Shown: in pieces, positions 38,061 through 50,734 of the stretch
Numbering within the stretch: the stretch's first letter is position 1
Layout of the letters: each line of letters opens with the position of its first letter
Origin: Octopus sinensis
Lineage: Eukaryota
Assembly (NCBI RefSeq): GCF_006345805.1
Contig: NC_043003.1
Location: forward strand, 87,730,001 to 87,794,000
Reading direction: 5' to 3'
Length of the DNA stretch: 64,000 nt
Program-made: the position numbers and the translations under genes
The notes under the pieces: generated by a model
The model's input: the letters and a program-made list of their open reading frames with translations, nothing else
Databases searched by the model: none
What the model was told of the DNA's origin: nothing

Positions 38061-38583
38061 TTGATTAGATATTTCATCATTCATAGAGATATTGCAGATC
38101 TGTCTGGTTTGTTGAAAGCTATTTGTTGAATTTAGTGTAGCATGAAGGGAAACAATAGCTAAGATTTACATTATTTACATTTGACGGATATCTGTCCTCA
38201 TCTTGTTTGTTGGTTATTGGTGAGAGGATTGGATAGAAAACCAGCATGAGTGACATGGTGAGAAAGAGGGAGTGATAGGGTGGGTCAGTGATGAAAGAAG
38301 GTATCACAGTAGTCAAATGTAAATAATGTACATAATTCCTCATCTCTTAAATATAGAACTGTAATAGCTAAGATATTAATTATAGCTATTAGTGTTTTTT
38401 GTCATAGCTATAACAATGATAGCCCATGTGAATTCATGTATTACATTATAATTAACAATAACTACAAATACATTACATCTCTGTATCACATCATGTTTTT
38501 TTATAATCTTGATATTGTTTATGAAACTCTGTACCATACACATACATGTAGTTTATAATATTTTCAAAGCACAACAATCTCAC

Positions 38584-38759
38584 CTGATATGTTCATCAAA
38601 TCTAATTGTTGCTGCACTGTGGAAAACAATCTCTACTTCTTCAGATAGCAGTTTACTATCTCTGTCTTTTAGTCCCAATTTCTCTTCCATAATGTCACCT
38701 TCTATTGGGTGTAAGACACGGTGAAAGTCTGGTCGCTCTTTCCATAATTTGTCAAAAGG
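38584..38759 (-). CDS. FAR1: FAR coding exon 2
   Basis: Pyrimidine tract ending CCTTCCACAG, then PFDKLWKERPDFHRVLHPIEGDIMEEKLGLKDRDSKLLSEEVEIVFHSAATIRFDEHI(R), donor GTGAGA. 176 nt, phase 0 to 2; contains the FAR motif FHxAATxRF. Not in the ORF track. Confidence 0.95.
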
Positions 38760-39189
38760 CTGTGGAAGGGGGGGAAAAAATTAAAATTAGCAACAGACAC
38801 AAACCCAAATAGGTAAATCAAATAAGGCGTAATGTTACTAAAAGTTTGGGTTAGAATTGAATGTCCTAGAGGCGCCATGGAAGTGGTAGATAGTTTTAGT
38901 TACCAAGGTGCCTTAATTAAGAGTAGAGGAGAATGCTCTAAAAGTATAGCTGCTAAAATAAGAATAAGATACAGGAAGCATAGAGACCTATTACCTTGTT
39001 GGTTACAACAAGAAGTCCCCCTCCACAGAAACTCACTTGGAGATCTCTCTGAAGAAAGCCACACCCTGGTGAGATGAAAGAATACTTTATTTGATCTCCT
39101 AAATCCAGTCACATCTGAAGTACACAAAGCACACCAAAAGTGCGATGACTAGCCTCTCAGAGACTGAGGTCACAAGAGCTTAAATGTGG

Positions 39190-40560
39190 CTAGGCCTCAG
39201 GAGAAGATGAAATTCAGCTCGAGTTATTAAAGGTTTTAAATAGAGAAGGTATTCTCTAACTGACTTGTGTGCATCAGATGGCCTGAATCTCTAAAAATGC
39301 TCTTAAGCAGTGACATCAGAGTGATAATCCAAACTTTCAAAAAGGGAGACAAGAGGGACTGCTCTAATTAAAGAGGAATCTCCTTGCTAAAGTCTATGCT
39401 GGATGTCTAGCAAAGGGATGTAGGGATATTGTTGAGTTCAAACTCGCTGATGAACAGTACAGACACAGCACGGCCAACCAAATATTCACATTGTGGAATG
39501 TCTTCAAGAAATCCTGTGAGTATGGCCAAGAGGTGTATGCTTGCTTGTTTCATAGGCTTCGAAAAGGCAGACAACCTAGTTCCACAGAACTTGTGGAAGG
39601 TTCTGCAGGAGTATAGGATCAATGGACAGCTTCTTGTTGCCTTGAAGTCCCTATGTGAATGCCCTAGCATTTGTTTTTGGATAATTGGCACTGAGTTGAA
39701 ACCATTCAATGTGGCTGTCAGACTCTGCCAAAGGTGCATATTATCACCTCTTCTGTTCATAATCTTCATGGACAAAATTGATATGTGCACCTAGGCTGGA
39801 AATGGTATAAAGACTGGCAAGTGTGGGATCAGTTGGCTAGAATTTGTAATCGACATGATATGACTCAATTTGTTAGAAGGTGATTTTCAACATGCAATTG
39901 ATAGGTTTGCTGTTGAGTGCTGCTTGGCAGTGCTGTGAAAATTGAAACACTCATCCTCTGAAGGAAGCTGGTGCAATGCACTCTACATATGAGTGAAACT
40001 CCACTGAAGCAAGAGGAGAAGTTCAATTATTACAGGATTGTTTTCATAAGTGATGGAGGGCTGACTTAAAGGCAAGAATAACAGGAACTGGTATAGTAAT
40101 GTGCCAATTTGGTCATCAGAAAGAGGGAGTAAGTGTAAAAGCTAAACTCACTATTTTCAATTCAGCGTTCATACCTACCCTTATCTATGGTCATGAATCT
40201 TGGGTAATGACAAAAAGAATACAATCACAAATACAATGGGCAGAAATGGCATTCCTCTGAAGGGTCTTTGGATTAGGATTACTCAATGTGCATAGCTTGG
40301 AGCTCAGAGAGGTGCTCCAAGTAGAGCCGCCACAACTCCAAATTGAGAGATCAATTCTATACTATGGACATGTAAGAATGTCCCAGGAAAGAATCGCTGG
40401 ACAGGTTTTACAGGTAAAACCAACCAATAGGAGACCCAGGGGTAGACTGCAAACAAAATGGCTGGATAACATCCATGAGCTTGGTTAGTCTCATTCAGCC
40501 AGGTCAACTGGTCATAGTTGCTTCAAACAGGAAGGAGTGCTTTGTGGACTCTGCTCCTAA
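39190..40560 (+). mobile_element. Degraded RTE-clade LINE (third family)
   Basis: FKKGDKRDCSN*RGISLL, FEKADNLVP, CQRCILSPLLF, PTLIYGHESW, RRPRGR. Confidence 0.75.
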
Positions 40561-40599
40561 GACCAACCTAGGAATAAGATGAGATGAGGCTACAAAAGG

Positions 40600-41015
40600 T
40601 CTCCCTCCAAATAAAATACAGATTGTGTGATGATTGCTCATGAACAACGATGCTACATGATAGTGAGACAAGGCCTTGAATGCAGAGCACATGCAAAGAC
40701 TAGAGTGGAATGAAACTAGTACATTCCATTGGACGTGCAACATTAGTGTGAATGTACAACAAAATGCTAAGGTGTTGTGAGAAATATTGTGCATGAGGAA
40801 TTAGACGTAGTGTGCAAGAGAAAAGACTGCACTGGTTTGTATATGGATGAGGACAGCTGCACAAAGAAGTGTGGATCACTTAAAGTGGATGTAACCTATG
40901 GAAGAGGGAGATATGGGACAAAATAATGATAGCTGATCTAAAGATGCTGAGCCTCACAGAGGAGATGACAAAGGACTGAGATGATTGGCAATTTACTGTG
41001 CTCAAAAAGACCCAT
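40600..41015 (+). mobile_element. RTE C-terminal fragment
   Basis: Similar to the MLHGSET...ERRLHW...GLTE region of the other copies; the likely matching 3' end with (GAT)n is at ~42050-42275. Confidence 0.6.
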
Positions 41016-41309
41016 ACCTATCCACCACAGCAAAAACGAAGTCCTAGCAGCATTCTGTGTATGCTTGTAGCTCATTCTGCCCCAACAAGCAATCTCTACA
41101 TTTCATGCCCCTAACATCCAGCTGTCCATTACTCCTCTATCTATGGCACAGCCTGGGAGCTGTTACAACTTGAAGGCTGTAATAGCACATATTTCTCCTC
41201 CCTCTTCCTTTATACCACCAGTTACCTCCTTCCTGTTATACTCCCTTCCCCTCTCACACATTTTCACCAGTCACCTCATTTCTGTGTTTTCAGTTATCAC
41301 TCTCCTCGA

Positions 41310-41532
41310 TCTGGCAGACACGTTAGCGCGCTGGGCGAAATGCTTAGCAGTATTTCGTCTGTCGTTATGTTCTGAGTTCAAATTCCGCCGAGGTCGACTT
41401 TGCCTTTCATCCTTTCGGGGTCGATAAATAAAGTACCAGTTACGCACTGGGGTCGATGTAATCGACTTAATCCCTTTGTCTGTCCTTGTTTGCCCCCTCT
41501 ATGTTTAGCCCCTTGTGGGCAATAAAGAAATA
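41310..41532 (+). mobile_element. tRNA-derived SINE, young copy
   Basis: CTGGCAGA...GAGTTCAAATTCC (B-box)...GCCTTTCATCCTTTCGGGGTCGATAAA...GGGCAATAAAGAAATA; close to 42985-43216. Confidence 0.85.
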
Positions 41533-42709
41533 TATATTCCACTTAACACTTCACAAATTTGCTTTCATTCTCAACACTTCCTCATACATGCCATCTTGTC
41601 CTACACACTATAGCCATCCCTATATAACCTTCCATCTTCCTCCTCATCACTCCTACACCATGCACATCCTCCCCACTGCCCTCTGATCTAACCTTCCTGA
41701 ACCACTTAACCATACTGATATTTCCCATCAACTGTACCTCCTCTACCCCATCTCTAACCATCTGTCACCTGCCCTCTCTCACCATCCCCCCTTTGAGACA
41801 CTGTCCATATCCCCTTTTATACTCCCCTTCCTTTATCTTGAGAGCTTGCTCTGGCACTACTATCTTTATCTCCTTCTCAACTACTGCCATCTACCCCCAT
41901 ATAATGTGTGGTAGCCATGCATTCCCTTCTGCAGCAAAACAGTTATGCTTCTCCTATCATACTTTAGTCTTTCAACACTTGGTACAAAGCCACCCACCCC
42001 TGAAATACTCACCCTACTTGCTTAGTAGTGGGTTCTTTTTCTTTTTCTTTCTTTGACTTGCAAGTTACTTGGCAACTAGACTAGTGCCGATGATACACAC
42101 ATAAAAAAAGCACACAGTATACATTGTAATGTGTTTAGCTTTAGGAAGGGCATCCAACCATAGAACCCATGCCAAAGCTAACTCTGGAGCTCAGCATACA
42201 TGGCTGGATCCTGTCAGTCCATCCAATCCATGCCAGCATGGAAAACAGACATTAAATGATTATGATGATGATGTTTCCATACAGAGATAATTTATCATAT
42301 CTTATTCAATTTTTTATAAGTTAACAAAGCAAAGACAATGCCAAGCACTTTTGTAGTGAGCCATATCTGACTAATGAGAATACAACCAATGACCAACTTG
42401 GACACCTGAATATCAATGTCTACAACGAATATACAAGCAAGAGAGGACCTAAGGATGTCTGAATGCTGACAATTCTGTTAAAAAGACCCCAAAACACCAA
42501 AGAAACTCAAAGAAAAACGGAGTCAGCTGAAAATTGGCCTCATTCCATTGCTAACCACTCCAGAGTCATAAATATTACACCATATCTGACACAGGCATTT
42601 TATACAATAAATAGGAGGATAATATAAATGAAACATTAAGATGAAGCAGCAGAACTGTAGGTAAGATGATTCGTGCATGGATTAAACTAAAACTGTTACT
42701 GCTGTTGTG

Positions 42710-43216
42710 AACTGGCAGAATTGTTAGCATGCCAGACAGAAAGTACTTTACAGTATTTCATACATCTTTACATTCTGAGTTCAAATACCAGCAAGGCCAA
42801 CTTTGCCTTTCATCCTTTCAGGGTACCAGTCAAGTATTGGGATCAATGTAATTAACTATACCTCTCCCACAAGATTTCAGGCCTTGAGCCTATAGTAGAA
42901 AAGATTATTATTATTATAATTAAAACTATAAGGTAGTACATACAAGACCAATAAGCAAATATTAAACCAATAAGCAAATAAATAAGGCGGCGAGCTGGCA
43001 GAAACGCTAGCGCAGCAGGCGAAATGCTAAGCAGTATTTTGTCTGCTGTTATGTTCTGAATTCAAATTCCGCCGAGGTCGACTTTGCCTTTCATCCTTTC
43101 GAGATCGATAAATTAAGTACCAGTTACACACTGGGATCGATGTAATCAATTTAATCCCTTTGTCTGTCCTTGTTTGTCCCCTCTATGTTTAGCCCCTTGT
43201 GGGCAATAAAGAAATA
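42710..43216 (+). mobile_element. Two tRNA-derived SINE copies (~42710-42905 degenerate; 42985-43216 full length)
   Basis: GGCGGCGAGCTGGCAGAA head, B-box-like TTCAAATTCC, same central domain, A-rich tail. Confidence 0.85.
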
Positions 43217-43289
43217 AGCAAATATTAGTAAAGACTAATGCTCACTTAACATATTCAACAAGTCTCTGTCAAAGAAATTAAAGGCAGAT

Positions 43290-44400
43290 GAGTCAAATAC
43301 AACAGAAATCATTAATGATTTGCACCAGGCATCAAAATGGGGGCATCATAATATCAATATCTGTGAACACTGTAAAGGCTGTGAGACATGATGTAGATAG
43401 CCACAACAGAGACTATGAACCTTTGACCAGCAAAAAGGGACACAGCAGCATTTTGACTATGTCTGCATCCAGCAACTGCAGGACAATGTGATGGAGGATC
43501 CAAGCAAGAAAATCTGAGTTTTGGCAAGAGAGATAAGTGTTGACGTCACCACCATGAAGCTGGCTCTGAATAAGGACCTACTAGCACTCACACAAGAGGT
43601 ACAAATTCTGACAGTCAAAGCCAAAGAGAACTGCTTGAGAAAGCAATGAAGCTCCTGAAGAAGCTGCAACATCTTGTTAAGCCAGGGATGATCTGGTTCT
43701 TCTCAGACAAAAAGAACGTCTGCTAAAACCTGTTGCACAACACCCAAAACGAGAGGTGCTTGCCTACAATCCATGAAACCTAAGTTCCCCTAAACTGTGA
43801 TGGTCTTTAGGTGTGTCTCCAGTGAGGGTAATGTCATGCACTCCACTTCTTTGAATAGGACCTTAGGCTCAATTCAGATGGCTATGTGAAGCTGCTGAAG
43901 ACTGTGGTCAAACCTGGCTGGAGAGGGTTGCTACTGGAAGGCCATATGTGTGGTAGCATGATTTGGCTCCTTGCTGTACCTTCAGAAAGAGCCAGAAATG
44001 GTTGTTGGGGAATTTCTACAACTGCACCAGCCCCAATATCTAGCCTCCTAATTCCCCTGATTGTAATCCAAAAGATTACTTTGAGTGAGGCATGGTTGAG
44101 GAAGATACCAACTGCTCTGCCTGCAAAGCCAAAGTTGAGCAGGAAGCCAAGATCAAGGAGATGTTCAAAGATCTTCCCAGGGACACAGTGAAGAATGCAT
44201 GAGCAGTTTCTGGAGCCATCTTGAGGCTGTGGTGGAAGCAGAGGGCTGCTACTTTGAGCAAACTTTTATCTCCCAACCACAATTCAGTCAATATTTTTTT
44301 TTAAATACTTTTATTTTGGGATGGGATATTGTGTTTTCTTTTCCTTTAATGCAAACTGTCAAATCTAACCTGAACGTTGTAATAAATATAAAAGTAAACA
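43290..44400 (+). mobile_element. Degraded Tc1/mariner transposon with DD37D spacing (maT-like)
   Basis: IWFFSDKK...VMVF...W*HDLAPC...PPNSPDCNPKDY; 37 residues counted between the second and third catalytic D. Confidence 0.8.
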
Positions 44401-45540
44401 AAATAAAAGTTCCCAAAAGTAAGAAATTCAGTCTTTCTGCAACACAGTATTGTTATTTATTTTTTAAAAAGTTGTTTATTAATTAATTATCAATCATACT
44501 GTTGCAAATTAGACACACTGGTCAACAAATGAGAGTAGTTAAAAATTTTAAAAATTAAACATATCTATTTTTCAATTAAAAAAATTTATTTTTAGTCTCT
44601 TGAAATTATTTCTTCTTCCTTTCCTTTATTTTTAATCGCTAACAATTGCTGCACTGATTCTGTTTTCTTTCTTAGAACAAAATTTCAGTTCATTAACAAT
44701 TTTGTGTATATATTGTTCAGTACATCATCTTTATCAATTTATATTGATGTCATAAGCCTAGTTGAGACTTTTCCTTTAATTTATCTTATTTTTAACTATA
44801 CAAATTACTACTGGCCCAAACTCTACATAACTATGATAAATATGTAAAAGCATTTGTCAAATGATCAACGGAAGAGAAATTTAATGGATTATGTTGATGA
44901 GGTTCAATAATCTAAAATATGTCTGTAGCTGTCACCTTGTCTGCACCTTGCCTGCAAACAAACATGCCAATAATACAGTTCTATTACTTCGTTGCAGGAA
45001 ACATTTTACATTTTTATTTGCAAGTCTCTCATTCTCACCTGCCTCTATTTTCATCAATGATAATTTAATAATAGCTATATAACTTTGATATGAGACACAA
45101 TTTCAAGAATATTATCAGTTTCCAGAGTTTGTTAAATTAATATTTTTGGTAAAATGAAAATTCTGTAATATACTAGTATATTTTTTTGTTTTTTAAATGA
45201 ACTGACTTTGTTGATATGGCTACTTGGAATGCTATAAGCCTTACAATAATAACCATGTGATCGCTGCTATTTCTAGCACATTTAAACAAGATAGTTTTTA
45301 ACGAGCTTTAATTTATATATAATATGCAACTGAAAAAGAATATTTAGGAGCAAAGGTACAACAACAGATAGAAAGATGGGAAAGATGGGCAACTGAATCA
45401 GATGAAACCATGGCAAAGCAACTGAAACAGATGCCTGAATATGCACAGAGACGTAGACATGATTCTGTTTCTGCTACACATGACCGACTGGTTAGCGTAT
45501 CTCGAGAGGAGAATATTCTACTTCAAAATAATGGTGTCAG

Positions 45541-46427
45541 ATAACAAATTGTTGATGCAATACTAAAGAGATCTTTTCTTTGCAATCATGTGGAAGTAGT
45601 GCAGTTGACAACCAATCAAAGACTTCTTACAGAATGTCATTCTAATGAAAGAGAGTTTGCTAATTACCTTCTTGATGTAGGAAATGGTAACATTTCTATT
45701 GAACAAAAGCCTAGGTGAATTCAAAATCAAACTACCCAATGACCCTTGCCTTGAAAGTGGTACTCTTTCTTATCCATATGATTTTGTATATGCTGACCTC
45801 AAAAATAACTTCACAAACCCTGTGTAGCTAGCAAATAGTACCAGCGTTTCTCCAACAAATGAAGCAGCACAATTTGTGAATGATTTTGTGTTGACCAGGA
45901 TCCCTAGTGAGCTAAAAAAAATATACAGAAGCTCAGATATAGTTGATAATGAAACTCTGTAACCAATCGAGTTCATCAACAAACTTACACCATCAGGGTT
46001 TCCACCACCCATTCTCAAACTGAAGAAAAAACAATGCATAATGCTTCTGACAAATTTAGATGCTACTAATGGACATCATTGTCAGTTTACATGATCAGGT
46101 TATTGAGGCTAAGGTTGTTTCTGGTCCTTATGCAGAATCAACTCTGCTAATCCCAAGAATACTACATGTATCTCAAGAAATGGAATTGCCATCTATATTT
46201 ATATGCAATTTCCTGTCAAGCCAGCTTTTGCCTTGACGTGCAACAAGGTACAGGGTCAGACGTTTGAACAAATTGGAATATATCTTCCAACACAATTCTT
46301 CTCACATGGTCAGTTGTATGTTGCATTATCTAGAGTTTGAAAGAAGACTAATGTAAAAATATTGGCTGAGAGAAATGGAAACAGTATGATTACTGACAAT
46401 TGTGTCTACAAGGAGATACTACTTTAA
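45541..46427 (+). mobile_element. Helitron RepHel PIF1-family helicase C-terminal remnant (pseudogenic)
   Basis: QLTTNQR...FANYLLDVGNG...PIEFINKLTPSGFPP.ILKLK...IMLLTNLD...[18 protein letters not shown]...[13 protein letters not shown]...NCVYKEILL*, with stops and frameshifts. Confidence 0.88.
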
Positions 46428-46703
46428 AGCAAAATATGCTTTTTAGCAAGTTTCAGTAAATAGAATTAACACATAAATTATATGTAAAGTAACATATATT
46501 TGTGTGGAATGAAATTGTTTTGGCATATTTCAACACATACTGAATGAATGATATCATTATATTAGATCATTTTAAATTTGGGTATATTTGAAAAAGTAAA
46601 GAAACGTCATTCCTAAAAATTCTCACAGCACCAGACTTTCGTGCATGTGAGTGTGTGTGTATCCATCCATCCATTCATCCATACCTATGTAAGTTCTACC
46701 AAT

Positions 46704-46830
46704 TTACTCTTTTACTCTTTTACTTGTTTCAGTCATTTGACTGCGGCCATGCTGGAGCACCACCTTTAGTCGAGCAAATCGACCCCGGGACTTATTCTTT
46801 GTAAGCCCAGTACTTATTCTATCGGTCTGA
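46704..46830 (-). mobile_element. SINE 3' fragment with (AGTAAAAG)n tail
   Basis: Matches 55710-55810. Confidence 0.8.
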
Positions 46831-47119
46831 ATTATTAATGATAAATATATATAATAGATTGACTCTTTAAAAAAGAGAGATTATGACTGATAAAATAATA
46901 AAAGCAATATTTACTAACCAAGTGAGCACTATTATACAAAGAAATAATTAGATGTAAAATACAAAAATTATTAGAATTGGGAATCAAATGTAGAAATATC
47001 AAGTGGCTAGCAGAAAACCACCCGGAGGGCAGTCTTTCTGCTAGTATTTGTAATGGATAATTACTTGCTGCTGTTGTCTGAAAAGAAGCTATCAAGAAGA
47101 ACTGAAGGCAGTAGTGTGA

Positions 47120-48380
47120 AAAGGAACTGCTAAAGGATTGCACTGGATATTAAACTTGATGTGGGAGAAAAACTAAGTTATATTGCCAAAACATTAAATC
47201 TTGCAACATCTACAGTGGGAACAATGCATGACAACAGAGAGAAAATTACATCAAGTGCTCCAGAAGTTACTCCATTAACTGCCTGGATCTTATTTTACCT
47301 TAGATTTAGTATAAAGCTTAAAATGGGATGACTTTTGAGTGTATCAATTGAGGGTCAGAACTGGTGCAATGTGATGATATAAACACCACAGTAATTCAAA
47401 ATAAAGCCAAATGTTTCTATGACAATTTGCAGAAAAAGGAAGGGGAAACTTCTAATTAAAAAATCTTTTTTAGCTAGCAAAGGCTGGTTTGAAAGGTTTA
47501 ATGCATAAATTTGAACAGCATAAAAATGACTGGTGAAACTGTGAGCACTGATATACAGGCTGCTACTAATTATCCAGACCAGCTGAAAAAAATGATTGCT
47601 GAAAGGAGCTATACACCAGAGCAGGTATACAATATTGATGAAACTGTACTTTTCTAGAAGTGTATGCCTGCTGGAATTTTTATTCCTTAAGAACAAAAAC
47701 ACCAAGATTTAAAGCCTCCAAAAATTGTCTGACACTTCTTTTGGGAGGAAATGAAGCTGATGATAGTAAAGTAAAACCCCTACTTTTGTACCACTCCAAA
47801 AATCCAAGGGCTTTCAAAGGTTACACAAAAGTTAACCTACCTCTGATTTGGCATTCAAATAAGAATGCATGGATGACTAAGAGCCTTTCCAAAAAGTCAT
47901 TTACAAACATTATTTTGTCCTGTTGTAGAAAGGTACAGTACTAAACATATTTCCAACAAAATATTGCTTCTTTTACACAAAGCACTGAGCTACTCAGTGA
48001 ACTTAGATGACCTTTCTGATAATGTAGAATATTTCCACAAGAATACACCTTCTTTGCTCCAGCCAAGGGATTAAGGTATGATAGCTAACTTCAAGGCATA
48101 TCATATGTCAAAGAACTTATGAAAGCAATTGACAGTGAAGATAAACCAACAGCTAGAGATTTCTGGAAGAAATTTAACATAATGGATGCTGCACATAATA
48201 TAGCTAAGTCATGAGATGAAGTCAAACCTTCAACTAAGAATACTGCTTGGAAAAATAATGGCCAGACTGTTTCCATGACATTAGAAGATTTTCTCAAGCA
48301 GAAAGTCTACATAAAATTTAGAAAGATATTACAACACTTGTAAAGGATGTAGGATTTGAAAATGTCATAAAGGGCGATAT
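47120..48380 (+). mobile_element. Degraded pogo/Tigger transposase
   Basis: ASKGWFERF, YTPEQVYNIDET, LTLLLGGN...KVKPLLLYHSKNPRAFK...NKNAWMT, SLLQPRD*GMIANFKAY. Confidence 0.85.
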
Positions 48381-48674
48381 GAAAATCAATGGAAAAATTA
48401 ATTTTGCATTGCAGGTTTTCTTGTTACTGCCAGGTTTTCAGAAATGCATTATGTCCATAAACTGAATGATTCCTGTATCACTTCTATATAGCCTTCTGAG
48501 TCCATTTGATAGATTTAGATTTTTATCTTCCTTGTGCTGCTGAAATTGGAGGGCATGGATTGAGATTAATCTCATTCATAAGACTATTCAAGTCTGTATT
48601 TGGAGAAGAGCTTGTTTCAGTTGCACACTTTCTGACCCCATGGTGATTATTACCATCATCATTATTAAAACAGC

Positions 48675-49245
48675 AAGCTGGCAGAATCACTAGCTCACCA
48701 GACAAAAGGCTTCACAGCATTTTGTCCGTCTTTGCTTTCTAAGTTCAAATTCTGCTGAGGTCAATTTTGCCTTTTATCCTTTCAGAGTGATAAAATAAGT
48801 ACCAGTCAAGTACTGAGGTCAATGTGATTGACAATTCACACACACACACACATGCACAAATTCCAGGCCTTGTGCTTATAGTAGAAAGGACTATCATTAT
48901 CATTTTGCTGTTGTGATGCTTGTTATTGTAGTGGTTAGCACTGGAGAAAAGCTTGTTTCAGCTCCAGACTTCTTAACTCCAGGCTGCTGCTTATTATTAT
49001 CACTATCATCAGCAGCAGTTTTTTTTATTATTATTAAGGTGGTGAGCTGGCAGAATCATTAGAATGTAAGACAAAATGCTTAGCAGTATTTCATCAGTCT
49101 ACATTTTGAGTTCAAATGCCATCAAGATCGACTTTGCCTTTCGTTCTTTCAGGGCTGTACCAGGTGTGCACTGGTGTCAATGTAACTGAGTAGCCCTTCC
49201 CCCAGAATGTCAGGCCTTGTGCCTATAGTAGAAAGGATAATTATT
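48675..49245 (+). mobile_element. Two tRNA-SINE copies
   Basis: Same family motifs as 42985-43216. Confidence 0.75.
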
Positions 49246-50293
49246 ATTTTGTTTTGGTGGTATTTGTTACTGTTATCATTGGTGTTATTAACACTGTGAC
49301 ATAAACAAAGACTGGAGCTTTACATTTAGTTGCTCTACATTCCTGACAATCATCATCATTACTACTATTATTAACATTGTCATATTACCAAAGATCAGTG
49401 TCCCTTTCCTTGCACTAACATTTGTCAATCTATTTCTAGTTCTTCTGTTAATAGCAGTTCGGTTAAGTAAAATCAGTTAGGTAAAGTATAATAAGCAAAG
49501 ATTAAACATATTAATAGCTGATACCAAGAGAATAATATACAAATATAATATTCCAGTCAAACTTAATTTCACTTAATTTAACAAAGATTGGCTTAAGAGT
49601 AAAAAAAAGCGGGTGGGGCATTTTATTTAATGTAATACTATAGCTGTGTGTAATTCCCTAATATTCAATATACTTGCAATGTTAGTATACTATCAATATT
49701 CATTGCAGATATCTATTGTTTAAATGTCTGAGATGAATTGAGTTCAATAAAATTATCACTATTTAAACAACTAACATCATCTTCAGAGATGAACAATTTT
49801 TCAATATCTACATGTATGCCTTGATCAGCGATTTCTTTTAAGAAGTTAATAGATAAATTTTCCTACTGGACAATATATTAAGTCTATGATAAAACCTATC
49901 AAATAACTTACGACATTGATTTGCTCACAGTTAAATGAATCAGGGCAATCTAGAAGATAAGAGAACAGCCCAGAAACAATGAAGCATCCGCCATAGATAT
50001 GAACTCTCAAATCCTTATCTTGTTAATCACACCACCTCTACCACATACTACTACTATTACTTATTAATAATAACCTCATTACTATTTAGAAATAATGACA
50101 TCATTACTAGGTTTGATGAATGGTGGAATAGGTAGACCACTAAACATGCTTTTTTGTTGGAGACTAATCTAAAATTGACTGAATTAACACAGAACATATT
50201 TCTATAATAAAACTGTGATGGGGAGATAAAGCACATTCAAAGGATCAAAAATGAAAATCTGAGGGAGGTGAGGGAAAGAGAGATCCAACTCAC

Positions 50294-50497
50294 ACGACTG
50301 TGCAACAAATCTTGGAACCGCTCATCAATACTTTGGCCTTTCTTCGGTCGCATTAGCATATAAATAGTCTTTATACCAGGACAACATCTGAGCAACTTTT
50401 CAATGAGGACTTTACCAATAAATCCAGTTGCTCCAGTGATAAACATGCATTTGCCTGCATAATATTCAGCAACAGATGGTAAAGGTTTTGTTTCCAT
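50294..50497 (-). CDS. FAR1: Fatty acyl-CoA reductase (FAR1/FAR2-like), first coding exon
   Basis: Encodes METKPLPSVAEYYAGKCMFITGATGFIGKVLIEKLLRCCPGIKTIYMLMRPKKGQSIDERFQDLLHSR with the FAR Rossmann motif TGATGFxGK. ATG is in a strong Kozak context (GCCAGCCATGG) with an in-frame stop upstream. Acceptor TTTTGCAG opens the exon at 50549; donor GTGAGT follows 50294; 204 nt, phase 0. Symbol marks the family; orthology is not established. Confidence 0.95.
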
Positions 50498-50734
50498 GGC
50501 TGGCCCTCACTGTCTGACCAAATGATTCTTCAGCTATTGGCACTAGCACCTGCAAAATAATAATAATCATTATTATTATAGTTGGTTATACATTGCTTAT
50601 ATCTGCACAAAAAAAGTGTTAATTATTCCTCCAGTCTAAATTTTTAGTGACATCATTATTATTATAAACATCATTTCTTGACTGTGACAAACTGAATCTT
50701 CAAAAATAAAATATCATTATCACTGCAACTGATT

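Larger units (their letters stand above)
3749..50549 (-). other. FAR1: Span of the partial FAR gene (5' part); introns 38760-50293, 29855-38583, 3856-29781
   Basis: The four exons join into 560 nt of open frame covering the N-terminal NAD(P)-binding domain; 52 nt of 5'UTR at 50498-50549. Confidence 0.9.

Noticed and set aside
42985-43075. tRNA-like sequence
   Set aside because: A/B-box-like head of a multicopy SINE; no convincing cloverleaf.
45541-46427. Host PIF1 helicase gene
   Set aside because: Intronless, with stops and frameshifts, Helitron-type C-terminus, and located inside another gene's intron.
50237-50293. ORF-track extension VSWISLSLTSLRFSFLIL of the FAR ORF
   Set aside because: Read-through into the intron past the GTGAGT donor. 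Likewise 3856-3996 is intronic.
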